Source of the DNA: Vairimorpha necatrix
Taxonomy: Eukaryota
Direction of reading: 5' to 3'
DNA length: 64,000 bases
NCBI GenBank assembly: GCA_036630325.1
Contig: CP142736.1
Coordinates: 558,001-622,000 of the forward strand
Below, one piece after another: positions 15,009 through 27,431 of the stretch. The position numbers were made by a program, and so were the translations under genes. Below the pieces are notes generated by a model that saw only the letters and a list, made by a program, of their open reading frames with translations, made no database searches and was not told the origin of the DNA. How positions within the stretch are numbered: the first letter of the stretch is position 1; each line of letters begins with the position of its first letter.

Positions 15009-15312
15009 TATCACCAAATAACTCTGCTTTTGAAATTTATATTATAATTTCTGTTTCTATGTTATAAGAATTATGTTTTTCATTTCAGAAATGGAAATCA
15101 AAATGTCAAAACAAACAAATACTATAAAATTGATAATAAACATTAATAACAATATCAATGAGTTTTATAACTAATTGAAAATCAATTTCAAAAAAAATAT
15201 TATTTAATGTAGATTATTAATTCTAAAAATCAAAACTTCTTCTTTTTGTTTTCTTCCTTCCCAAAATGGAACTTCAAAAACTATAAATAATTTTTTTTTC
15301 TTTGCCCCCATT

Positions 15313-18300
15313 ATGTTTACGAAAAATCAAACAAAAAATGATTCAAGTGAACAACCCAAAGCAACTAACACTATCTCTCAGGAGATAAGTAGAAATACTG
15401 AAAACAACGATGTTGTTTTTTATGAAGCCAATACATCTGTAAATAGCACTAAAAATAAAAAAACAAATGCTGAAGAAACAAAAAAAAGGAATTTTATATT
15501 CAGTTTCTCTAGCGAAAACAAAACAGCCCAAGAAACAGAAAAAACAATCATGAGAATTAATAACACTAATATGGATGCTTTGACGGAGATTTTAGATGTA
15601 GCTTGCAGAATCAGTACTAGAAACCATGCCGAACATTATTGTGGAGATCTGAAAGAAGAATGTGGCTTTTGTGGTGCATTACATTTTGCAGGAGAAGCAA
15701 GCAGCAATGGATTATACAAAAGCTGCTGTCATTTTGGGAAAGTCAAATTACAAAGAACAAGAGACTTCCCCAATGACATTAAGAATTTATTTATAGGAAA
15801 AGACAAAAATGCAAAGAACTTTAAAGAAAATATTAGATCCTACAATGCTGCTCTTTCTTTTGCTTCTCTTGGTGTTCAAATAGAAACTGTATCCAATGGA
15901 CCATATGTATTTAAGATACATGGACAAGTGTATCATAACACTTATAATGTAAATAATATGGACTCTAATACACCAAAGAAATATGCCCAATTATATGTAG
16001 TGGATAGTGATATGGCCAATGCTCAAAGAATGATGAATCTATCTAACAGAAATTGTGATATTAATATCATGAGCAAATTAGATGGATTCATAAGATCAGT
16101 AAACCCAAATTCCGATGCATACAAAAATATGTCTGAAGTAATTAAGGAGCAAAAGGAGTTGGGAAATGAAGTTTAAGACATTTCTATGGTCTTTAAAAAG
16201 AATTTAGAAAGATATCAGAGAAGGTATAATGCTCCCTCTACAAGTGAGATCGCAATAATTTTCACTGATCCAAATGGAGAACCACCATTTGAAAGGGACA
16301 TCAAAGTATATAGCAAGGGTCTTAATTCAGATAATTTACACTTTGATATTTTAAGTCCACATTTAGATCCAATGACATATACTTTGTTCTATCCACATGG
16401 CGAAGCTGGATGGAACGCAAATTTGAGGTTGGAGTCTTATCTAGGAGAGGCACGGATGATATCTTTACTACAATATAAAGTAACACAGATATCTATATGG
16501 AAAGATAAGTTCAATCCTTTACTTTATGGAGGAAAGTTATTTCAACAATGGATTGTAGATTCATATCTACAAGTTGAAGCAAATAACTTAAACTTCATAA
16601 AGTTAAATCAGAAGAAGTTGAGAGTAGATCTTTGCAAAGGCTTAGTAGATTATGTAAATAATGGATCAGAAAGTTCTACCAAGCCCGTGATCTTACCATC
16701 AAGTTTCCAAGGATCTCCGAAAAATATGAGAGAGATATCATGATGCAGTGTCAATTAAAAGAAGTTTCGGCAAGCCCGATCTTTTTATTACTATGACTTG
16801 CAATCCAAACTGGAAGGAGATAAAGGAAAATCTTTTTGAAGGACAAACAGCAGTTGATAGACCAGATTTGGTAGCAAAGGTCTTCAACATGAAATTAAAA
16901 AGTATGATGGAGGAGATTTTGTCGGGGAGAGTAATTGGGGAAGTCGTAGCCCATGTCTACTCTATTGAGTTTCAGAAACGTGGACTTCTTCATGCTCAGA
17001 TACTAATAATGTTAAAGGACAAGATTCGGGATGAAAATAAGATCGATAAATACGTAAGTGCAGAGATACCATCGCCTATGGAAAATGAGATATTACACAA
17101 TTGTGTAACAAAACACATGATTCATGCCCCATGTGGACTAAATAACTTGACAAGTCCATGCATGGAAAATGGTGTCTGCACTAGGGAATATAATTACGAA
17201 ACAAAGATTAATAATGACGGATATCCTGAGTACCGAAGAATAAGAGGGACTGAGTACAGTGTAAGGGGCCGCATTGTTACTAATGCTAACGTGGTCCCTT
17301 ATAATGCTTATCTACTTAAAAAATACAATTGTCATATTAATGTAGAAGTTTGTACTTCTATTAAGTCAGTTAAGTATATTTACAGGGGATTTGATTGTGC
17401 TGAAATGAGAATAACAGACAACAATAAAATTGATCATTTTGTGAATTCCAGAAATGTCTCAGCACCAGAGGATACCTGGAGATTAATGGAATACAAGATG
17501 CATGGAAGATCTCATAAGATCCATAGACTTCCTGTGCATCTTTCACAAGAACAATTGATCACTTTCGAAGAAGACAGAGAAGAGGCAGCTGTTAGATTGT
17601 TTGATCTTAAACAGACTCCTCTTTTAGCCTACTTCAAATTGAATGAAGTTGATGAAGGAGCACATCAATTTTCGTATAGTGAGAAACCCTTTATACATAT
17701 AAAAGGGGAGAATGAATTAGGAGAAAGAATAAGTATAGTAAGATAATTACTAGACTTTATTCTGTATCTCCAATAGAGAAGGAAAGATTTAGCCTCAGAG
17801 TCCTATTGATCAATGTAAAGGGGGCTAAATCATATGAGGATTTGAGAACTGTAAATGGTGTAGTTTACAGTTCTTTCGAAAAAGCGGTGGAAGAAAGAGG
17901 ACTTCTTCAAGATGACAAAGAATGGGAAAGGGCTTTGGATGAGGCAGTAGCAACCGAATCCCCAGCAATAATAAGAGCATTGTTTGGATATATTTGTGCT
18001 TTTAATAAGCCAAAAAATACCAAAGAACTCTTTGATAAGTATCTTGGAGATATGTTTGAAGATTTAGAACAGAATAGTAGAGACGAAGTTATTAGTAGAT
18101 TAAAAGATATAGTTAATGGTCATGGATGGAGCTTAAATGCTCTGGGTTTAGATGAGATGATTAACTATATCGAGAAAGAAAGAAAAGTCTCTGGCATTGA
18201 ACATGATCTAGATCAGATGATATCCTCTTTAAACGAAAAACAGAGAATGCATTTTTTACAATAACAGATAGTATAGATAAAAGAGGAAATTTATTCTTTT

Positions 18301-19572
18301 TAAATGGACCAGCAGGATCAGGAAAGACCTATCTATACAATGTCCTGATCGAATATCTAAATAAGAATAAAAAAATCTTCAATACAGATGGCCACTACAG
18401 GAATTGCTGCATATCTATTAAAGGACGGAAGAACAATGCATAGTTGTATGAAACTTCCTGTTCCTTTGACAGAGACCAGCGTATCTAGATTGAAAAGGAA
18501 TACTCCTGAAGCAGAGAGAATAATAAAGGCCTCTTTATTGCTAATAGATGAAGTTTCAATGATGTCGAAACATGCATTAAACCAATAGATGAGGTGCTTA
18601 AAAGACTCTGCAATAATAATGATATCTTTTGAGGGAAGACCCTATTATTGGGTGGTGATTTTAGACAAACATCAACCATTGTAATTAAGGGTACCCCAAA
18701 TGATGTCATCGAGAACTCACTAATTAGTTCAAAACTTTGGCTACACGTCTGTGTACTGAAGCTAGAAACCAATATGAGATCTCTTAATCAAGTGGAGTTT
18801 AATAAGTAATTTTTAGATATAGGCGAGGGACAGAATAGAGATAGTGAAGGATATGTGGAGATACCCAAGAAGTATCTTGAAGAAGGGGACATAGTCGATA
18901 GCATTTTTGGAACAATCAAAATTGAAGCAGGTGATGATTCTTTGTTTGATAAGATTATCTTAACAAGCAAAAATGAACATGCCGATGAATTGAATACAAA
19001 AGTGCTAAACCCCCTCAAAGGATCTTCTAGGGTATATGTGAGTTCTGATGCTATAGAATCAGAGGATATCGACGAACAACTGAGATTTCCTCTTGAGTTC
19101 TTGAATATGCAGCAACCATCAGGACTACCTCCACATAAATCAGTACTGAAGATAGGGGCAATAGTGATATTATTGAGAAACATTGATCCTAAGAATGGAT
19201 TATTAAATGGGACCAGATTGAAGATAAAAAGTCTCAGAGATAATTACATCTTGGTGGAGATAATTACAGGAAGGAGAAGGGGCACCTTTACTGTTATATA
19301 AAGATAGACATGATGCCAAGTGACGCTCTTCTTCCGTTTGTACTTAAAAGAAGACAGTTTCCTGCGGTATTGTCATATGCGATGACAATACATAAAGCAC
19401 AGGGACAGTCTTCTGACAAAGTGGGAGTGTTTTGCCTGAAGATGTATTTTCTCATGGTCAATTATACGTAGCTTTGTCAAGAGTAAAGAAGAGTGAAAAC
19501 TTGAGAGTCAAGTTGGGGGGAAACAGGGGGCAATGTCAAAAATGTAGTTCTACGTGAACTAATTGGCCCATA
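15313..19572 (+). pseudogene. Helitron Rep/PIF1-like helicase, frameshifted
   Basis: PDLFITMTCNPNW, EFQKRGLLHAQIL (decayed HUH), KYIY, GPAGSGKT, IDEVSM, GDFRQ, TIHKAQGQS. Confidence 0.93.
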
Positions 19573-19782
19573 AGAGCCAAGAGATAGAGAAATGCGCCGT
19601 GAGCGTACAAGAACTATGCCATTTTTTTTTCAATAAAAACAAGATAAAAGATGGTAAAAAGCGCTGTGAGCGTACAGAAACTACGCCATTTTTTTAAGGA
19701 ATAATTATAATGTGATAAAATTAAAACATGTACCCATGCAAACACAAACAACCCGTTCTCAGAACGGGTGTGCATACGCTAG

Positions 19783-19900
19783 TCATATATATTGTTGATA
19801 ATTTTAAATATTTTATATGTAACCCCTAATTTTTATGGAGAATAACAATAAACAAATTAATATATATAAAAGAATTTTATTTAATTTTTCGCCCCTCTTT
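19783..19900 (+). mobile_element. 5' end of a second, head-to-tail Helitron copy, interrupted by a 70-bp solo-LTR-like insert (19793-19862)
   Basis: tcatatatat[insert]tatataaaagaattttatttaattttt matches the 10261 terminus; 3' extent unclear. Confidence 0.6.
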
Positions 19901-22900
19901 TTTGTCAATTTTAAATTCCCACACTATATATTTTAGGCTTTCTACATTATTTAAATATCAAATATAGATTTATTGCTTTAATTTGACTATTCTAAGTGTG
20001 TAAGTTATTAGTTAATACTTTTTAATTTTGATTATTATTTTTGTTAAATTCAGTTACAAAATATCGTCAGAATAGTTTTTTAGAATTTATTTGACCCTTC
20101 CGCGAAAAATTGTAAAAACATTTAACCAATAATGATTTTAAAGATTAGGGTCAAAAATTGAGCTTAGAAGTTCCCAAAATTATTTCAATATGACTCATAA
20201 GTGTTTTTAACTTAACTTTACTCCTTATATGTTACTAAAAAGTATTTTTGAAAACGATGTCTTCATCCTATCAAATTCAATCATCCCAAAATAGAAACTT
20301 AAACAAAATTCACCGAGGACCGACATATTATAAAACAAAACATTCAAATCCTGTTTTCAAAACGGGAAAGCATACGCTTGTATTTATTATTGTTGAAAAG
20401 AGTAAATGAGTCTGAACGAAATTGCATATTTATTTAAAAATTTTATCTTTTATATTGTGTTTGAAACAATGGTTTGTGATAACCATGTTGGTTTGGTCAA
20501 ACTTGTGTTAAAACAGTTTGGTATATGATTACAACCAATGATTGGTAACTAGAGTTACATCAATTATAAATAATAAATAAATATTTTACCCATCTAAAAA
20601 ATATTATGAAAAGGAAGGAGAAACTTTATTTAACAAATGGCGACAACGAAGATGACATGGAACCAGTCGAGAAGCAAACGACTAGGAATACAGTAGAGAT
20701 TGTAGAAAAACAGTTAGCTTCAATGAAAATTAACATCAGGGGTACATACAACTTCAGAAAATTTGATGGTAAAAGAAAGAAGCAGAAGAGTTCTTACTAC
20801 AATTTAAACCATTTGAGAATCTTGGACTGAAGAAGAATATTTTAGTTTTGTAGAAACTAATCTCACTGGAAAAGCTCGACTCTGGTTTGAAGGCTCAAGA
20901 TATAATGTGTTTGAAAGTGTAGTTGAATTTGAACAACATTTCTTAGAATACTTCAGCCCCGAAGAAGTTTCTGGCAACAGCAAATTGTTGAACATACTAC
21001 TACATAAGAAGTTGAGAGAATGTAACAACGAGATATTATGGTTAGAAATTTACTCAATACACAAAACATTACTATACCACTAAAAGATGTTATTAATACG
21101 GTAGTTATGAATATACCAGTTGGGAATGCAAATCGATACATGGATTGTAAGAGTTGGATGGCAGTTTTGAAATTGGCAGTTAAGATAGATTCTGAGAATG
21201 AGAGTAAAGAACAATCTAAGATGCAAATTAGCAAGAATAAATCGGAAGATGCGAGAAGTAGTTTTCAAAAGAAATTGATTAGCTGTTATAATTGCAAAGG
21301 TCAACATTATAGAAGTAATTGTCCAGAACTATTAAAGAATAAATCGAATAATAAAATACAAACCAATACGAGTGACAGAAATGATTATAAGAAGTGTTCA
21401 GACAAGAAACTGATGACATTAACATGTAGTAGTAAAGCAGCCAATGTCCCTAGATTTTTGGTGAAAATTGGCGGAGGAAAAGTACCGGCACTACTAGACT
21501 ATGGAGCCGACATTAATTACATTAGTTGCGACCCGGTGAAGATGTATAATATCCCAATAGATATAGAAAATAGAATTTCGGTCAATTTAGCAACTAGAAA
21601 GGATAGCTCGGTAGGCATGTTTAAAGATGTATTGCGTGATAAAAATAACATGCACGCTTACGACACAGAATTTGCGGTAATGGAAGATCTTAATGAAAAT
21701 ATACTCATCGGTAGTATAACAAGTAGACATTTAGGTTTTATAGTTCATTGGGAAGAAAATGAACATTGAAATCTTTAATGATGGAACAAGGCTTAAATTG
21801 GAAACAGAAGAGTACAGTTTAAAATCAGTAATAAGGAGGAAATACCCATGGAAATAAAAGCATTAGAATGTAAGTTTGGTGAACATGAAGAAGTCAATAA
21901 AAATATTAAGTGCTTTTTGTATAAATATATGAAAGAATCCGGTAATAAGGAGAAAACCCTACCTTTTAGACATGATATTAAACTTAAAGATCACAGTAAA
22001 ACTATATGTTGTAAACCATATAGAAGAAATCCGCAACAGAATCTCATTATTAAAATAAAATAGATGAGATGTTACAGAATGGATTAATACGAAAGAGCAC
22101 GAGTAATTATGTTTTCTCTGTAGTGCTTGCACCTAAAAAAGACGGAGGTATGAGAATGTGTATTGACTATAGAAAGATGAATGAAAACACAATCAGTACG
22201 CCATGCCCGATCCCCCACATGGATGAAGCAATAGATGCTATTCAAGGGACAGATATGTACTCCACTTTAGATTTGGAGATGGGTTACACTCAGATCGAAA
22301 TGAACCCAAGAGATATTTATAAAACTGCATTTATTGTAAAGCAAGGCGTATATGGATAGACTAAGATGCCATTTGGCTTAGTCAATGTCCCTTTTACGTT
22401 TCAGAAGATTATGAATTGATACTTAAAGATATATTTTGGAGGAAAGTAGTTGTTTACCTTGATGATATTTTAATATTCTCAAGAGGGAAAGACAAACATG
22501 TCGACGATGTGAGAGAAGTCCTGGAAATTTTGTCAAAATTTGGACTCAGACTTAACATGAAAAAATGTGCATTCGCAGTGAGTAAATTTGGTTTTTTAGG
22601 ACACACTGTAGAGAATGGAGAACTTAAAATTAAATCGGACCAATTGGATAAGGTTAACCCCCTAGAAAATCCAAAGATCGTCAGCGACTTAAGAAAACTT
22701 TTAGGATTTATAGTATATTTTAAACGATTTATCCCATCATATACCATGAAGACTATGCCGTTATTAAAAAGGTTAAAGAAAGGTAATTTTATATTTGGAG
22801 ACGAAGAAAAAAAGCTCTAGAGCTCCTGAAACAAGAAATATTAAATGCCGAACCTTTACTTTTACCAGATATGAATAAGACATTTTATTTATATACTGAT

Positions 22901-25757
22901 GCCTTGGACATTGGAATTGCGGGAGTACTCACACAATTTACAGATACGGGAAAAGAAATGCCTATAACGTGGATAGGTAGAACGCAAAATAGCGCTGAAA
23001 TTAATTACACTACAACCGAGAAAGAGTGTTTAGCTATTGTATGGTCTATTGAAAAACTTAAAGTATATTTGTCTAACGATTTTATCATCAGGACAGATCA
23101 TAGTTCAGCGATATGGTTAATGAAACAGAAAACACCCATAGGGAGATTGGCAAGATGTATAATAAAACTGCAAAATTATAAATATGAAATCGAACATATC
23201 AAAGGTTTAGGTATTGTCTTGCTGATGTACTTTCACGTGGTGTATTAGAAAATTGCCAATTAAGAAAGTGTCAAACGGTGGTTAAAAATGAAGATAGAAT
23301 AAATATTGAAGAAGACAATGAAACAATAGCAAAACTTATACAGAGAGCACACTTAGAGCTTGGCCATGGAGGTTTGGATTTTACTATAATGTACATCAGA
23401 AATATTGCGAGTGTACCAAATATAAGAAACAGAGTAGTTGAATATATTCGATTTTGTGAGACTTGTAGAAGATTTAGAGACAATACGTTGCAAAACAATA
23501 TTAGACGTGTGGAAATAAAAAGTCCGTATCATATGATTGGGTTAGATATAGTTGGTCCTTTACCCACAACAGGCAGTGCAAATAAATTTATTCTGGTAGG
23601 AACAGACTACCTAACTAAATGGGCAGAAGTGAGAGCTTTAAAAAGAAAAGATGCGGAATCTGTAGCAAAATTTATTTATGAAGATTTTTTATGGAGACAT
23701 GGACCTCCTGAAGTAATATTGACTGATCAAGGACTTGAGTTTAACAATAAAATCATAAAGAAACTGTGTATAATGATAAATACTAGGAAGTCGTTTACAA
23801 GCGCCTACCATCCAAGATGTAATGGACAAACGGAGAGACTAAACGTACCCTTATTGCAAGGCTGGCTAAGATATGTAATGGAAGATGGTCAGAGTGGGAT
23901 ATGTTCCTATCAGTTGCGCTATACGCATATGGGATAATACCACTAATAAAATTCAAGAGCAGTCCTTTTAGATTGTTATATGGGAGAGAGCCTAACGATA
24001 TAACTACGGAGAAAGAAGATGGTGGAGCAGTATTTATAAAAGAAAACGATACACTTAAGAAGATTGAGTTGTTACGATAAAAGTTACACGAAAAGTGATA
24101 GAAGATAGAAATAGAGACATACAACGCGCGAATGATAGAGTTAAAGGCAAAAATATTTAAGTAGGAGATGCGGTTATGAAGAAAAAGGAACCATTTGAAA
24201 AGCTGAATAAGCTTGATTATAAATGGACAGGACCTTATCTGATAAGAAGAAAGTTTGACTCTGGTGGTTTTGAGATCGAGAACATGTATGGAAAACTATT
24301 TTGGTATAATGAAAAAGACTTACAACTAATTGAGAATTCAGATCCCACGGATTGGGAGAGTTTAAAGAAAGGGAGCATGTTACAGGATGATAATCTAGTT
24401 GCTGAGATTATCCTGTAATTACTTTATTGTAGATACTTACCAAAAGTATCTACTGTAAAATATTTACTATAAATAATAAATAAATATTTTACCCATCTAA
24501 AAATATTATGAAAATGAAGGAGAAACTTTATTTAACAGTACCAATGTGCAATAAGTACATGACACCCATGACCAAAATTAGAAATAATTTGGACAAATAA
24601 TGTTGTTACTTACGACGAAGTTGGAGAAAATGCTCAAACAAAGGTAACATTTACAAAGAAAGTATTTTTAAAAGTTCTAGATTAGATATAGAAGATCTTT
24701 TAATTTTGCTGTGTGAATGGGTCAAAGGTGTAAGCAATGTTTCGGCTACTATCGAATTGGATGTAGGTAGTAGTACCGTATCTCGCTGCTTTACGCGTTT
24801 TAATAACGCTGTATTCTTATCCTATTTCAACTACCTTCAAAACAAAACTATAGGAGGTTTAAATTGCGTAGTTAAAATAGATGAGACATTGCTTGTTAAA
24901 AGTAAAAACCATAACGGTAGAATCCTTCAATTCCACGTTTGGGCCGTTGGTGGAGTCGTACGAGGAGACAGCAATTCTTTTTTACAAAATTGTTGAAAAT
25001 CGACCAAGAACTACTCGTGTCGATTTAATAAAACGAAAAATCGCACCTGGATCTACAATTATTACTGATTGTTGGCGAGGTTATGAGGGGATTTCGGAAC
25101 TATGTCCTGATTATAACTATTTACATTTAACTGTAAACCATAGCCAAAATTTTGTAAATCCAACAACAGGCGCCCACACCCAAACAATTGAGGGATATGG
25201 TCTGTAATTAAAAGAGAATTGCGCAAAGAAGGAACAAGCCATGGTTCTTTAATGAATCTCATTCGAAAACTTTATAAAGCTCGTTTTAAGTTAATTTATA
25301 GAAAATCACTACTTGAAAGAATGTTATGCTTTTTTGAAGTTCAAAAAATATGGTTTTTAAATTACGATTTAGCCCCTGAATTTGATTTTGAATTAATTGA
25401 ATAAATTTTAGTTTTGTCTTTTTTTATTTTTTCCCCCTTTTTTAGGGGGGGATAACATCGCAACTTAACCTTTATGGGAGTCAAAAAATCCTACAAGCAG
25501 TATCCTAAGATGGTCAATGATGTTACAAGAATATAAATTTGACGTTGAATATTTAAAGGGCGAGGACAATATGCGGATGGTTGCAGTAGAATATTTAGCA
25601 AGGAACTAAGAATTGCAAGTATCACTAAAGACTTTTCAAGAGAAGAAAAGGAAAAGATACTTAAAGCCTATCACATGAAACGGGACATGGATCCATCAAT
25701 AACATGAAATTTACGATCAAGGAAAAATACTATTGAAAAGGAATTTATAAAGATATC

Positions 25758-27431
25758 CGGTAACCGTAAATTCGCCTACAGGCGAATTTACGGTTTTCCG
25801 CCAAAAATTAAAATTTGCATGTTTTTTCGCCAAAAAAATACCAAAAAAAATGATTGGCATTAATAAAAAATAAAAGATTTGAAAAGTTTATTATAATTTA
25901 AATTAAAATTTGTTTGTTATTTAAAAAGCATTTATAATTAAAATAGGTTTATTAAATTTACTTATTCGCATTTGAAATTCACGTGTTGCAGTAAAGCATC
26001 CATGTACTCTTCACGAGAATAATGTTTAAAATTTTTAATGATTATTCTAATTTTTTCAGCTTCAAATAATCCCTTTATAACGTTTTGGATTATATATATC
26101 CATTTCTTTACAATCGAGTATTCTTGAAATAAAAAGAGCGATATGGGGATTTCTTGTCTCCATCCTCTTGTTTATGGTTCTATTCCAGCTTTCTGCATTG
26201 TACAAAGTCCGGGAATTTCATTTTTTACCCTATCAAATACATTCCAAAAATTTATATTGGCGACAGCTCTCCCACCATTATCTTCTCTTGTTACATGGGA
26301 AACTAAATAATTATTTTCAAAGTATAACTGAAAGTTAGCTGTGGTTGTAATTGAATTATCTTGTATAAATTTCTTAATATCTTTATAAAAAACCGGAACA
26401 TCTCGTATTGGCACAAAAGCTAATCGAAGAATCTTTTTGAATACTAGATTATAGTTAGAATCGTTTTTAAACTTTTCTATGTCCCCCATTGCCCCGACTC
26501 TTTTATAGGCTGCCTGCCCAAGATGAAACAAGCATCCATTACAGTTTGCTCCAGGGAAAGATATTCGTAATGCATTGACCAATCCTCTCTCTCAAAATCA
26601 GTCACAAAGTTCTCAACATTCATAGTAACTAATTCCTTGCATTTATCGAAGCTCTAGAATATGACCTTTCACTTTTTCCATTGAGTAGAATATAAATGTA
26701 TGGAAAACTTTTGCCAAATATATGGCCATGAAAGACAAAAATTTGGTAAAATCCTTGAGGAGAAGATTTAAACGTTCCATCGACAACGAACGTGTCTATT
26801 TTTTCAATCATACTTTTTTTGAATTCTGAAAAAAATATTATAAATCTATCATTATCTTGCATACCACTATCAAATCTAAGAAAACGATTTTTTTTAGAAT
26901 ATACTTGCAAGACTTCGGGTATATCCATAATGCAACCAGTTATAAATCCGAGTCTTGAATTTCTTGTTCGTTTGAATGTATCTCTTAAATATTCTATGGA
27001 AGGCATTTTAGTAATATCTAAGCTGGTTGACAATGCTTGGAGTTGTTTTTTTTATTATTTCTAGGGAGTTTTCATTACTTGTAACAACTTGTTCTTTTTT
27101 TTTGATAGTTCTTTTAAACATGCATTTCTCAGGTACTGGTTCATGTGAATGAATAACTTTTTTAACGATTTCGTTTTGTTCATTCATTGTAATGGCACCT
27201 CTCTAAGACCTATTACTGCCCTTCCATCGCCTAGTGCCGTCCTTATTGTAGTCTAAAGTGTATATCTGATCTTCATAGATAAGATTCTGCCCCCACGTTG
27301 ACCTTTAAAAATTTCAAAGTTGTCGTTCATTTTTTTAAGGGTAGATTTTCGGCGGAAAAAGAAAAAATTTATGGGCAAAATTTTTGGCGAAAACAACCAT
27401 TTTTAAACTTTTGGCGAATTTACGGGCACCC
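25758..27431 (-). mobile_element. Mutator-like (MULE) transposon 1
   Basis: TIR core ccgtaaattcgcc; transposase from ATG 27330 with VVDGTFK and NGCLFHLGQA; flanked by an 80-bp direct repeat. Confidence 0.88.

Larger units (their letters stand above)
10261..19782 (+). mobile_element. Helitron (autonomous type, decayed)
   Basis: 5' A|TC; 3' hairpin acccgttctcagaacgggt (19751-19769) followed by CTAG|T at 19779-19783; RepHel remnants inside. Confidence 0.88.
10171..24537 (+). mobile_element. Ty3/Gypsy element B; 5' LTR split (10171-10249 / about 20565-20635), 3' LTR 24378-24537
   Basis: 5-bp TSD gtacc; PBS tggcgacaacga; CCHC knuckle CYNCKGQHYRSNC; LLDYGAD; YLDD; integrase; many stops. Confidence 0.88.
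8821..25470 (+). mobile_element. Merlin transposon expanded to 16.6 kb by nested inserts (transposase 10085-10170 plus 24543-25404)
   Basis: TIRs ggttaa(a/g)ttgcgatgtta; tttatgg duplicated at both ends; transposase homologous to that of 2092-3300. Confidence 0.88.

Noticed and set aside
20530-20560. Hairpin plus CTAG as the 3' end of the second Helitron
   Set aside because: Followed by A rather than T, and dissimilar to the 19751-19782 end.
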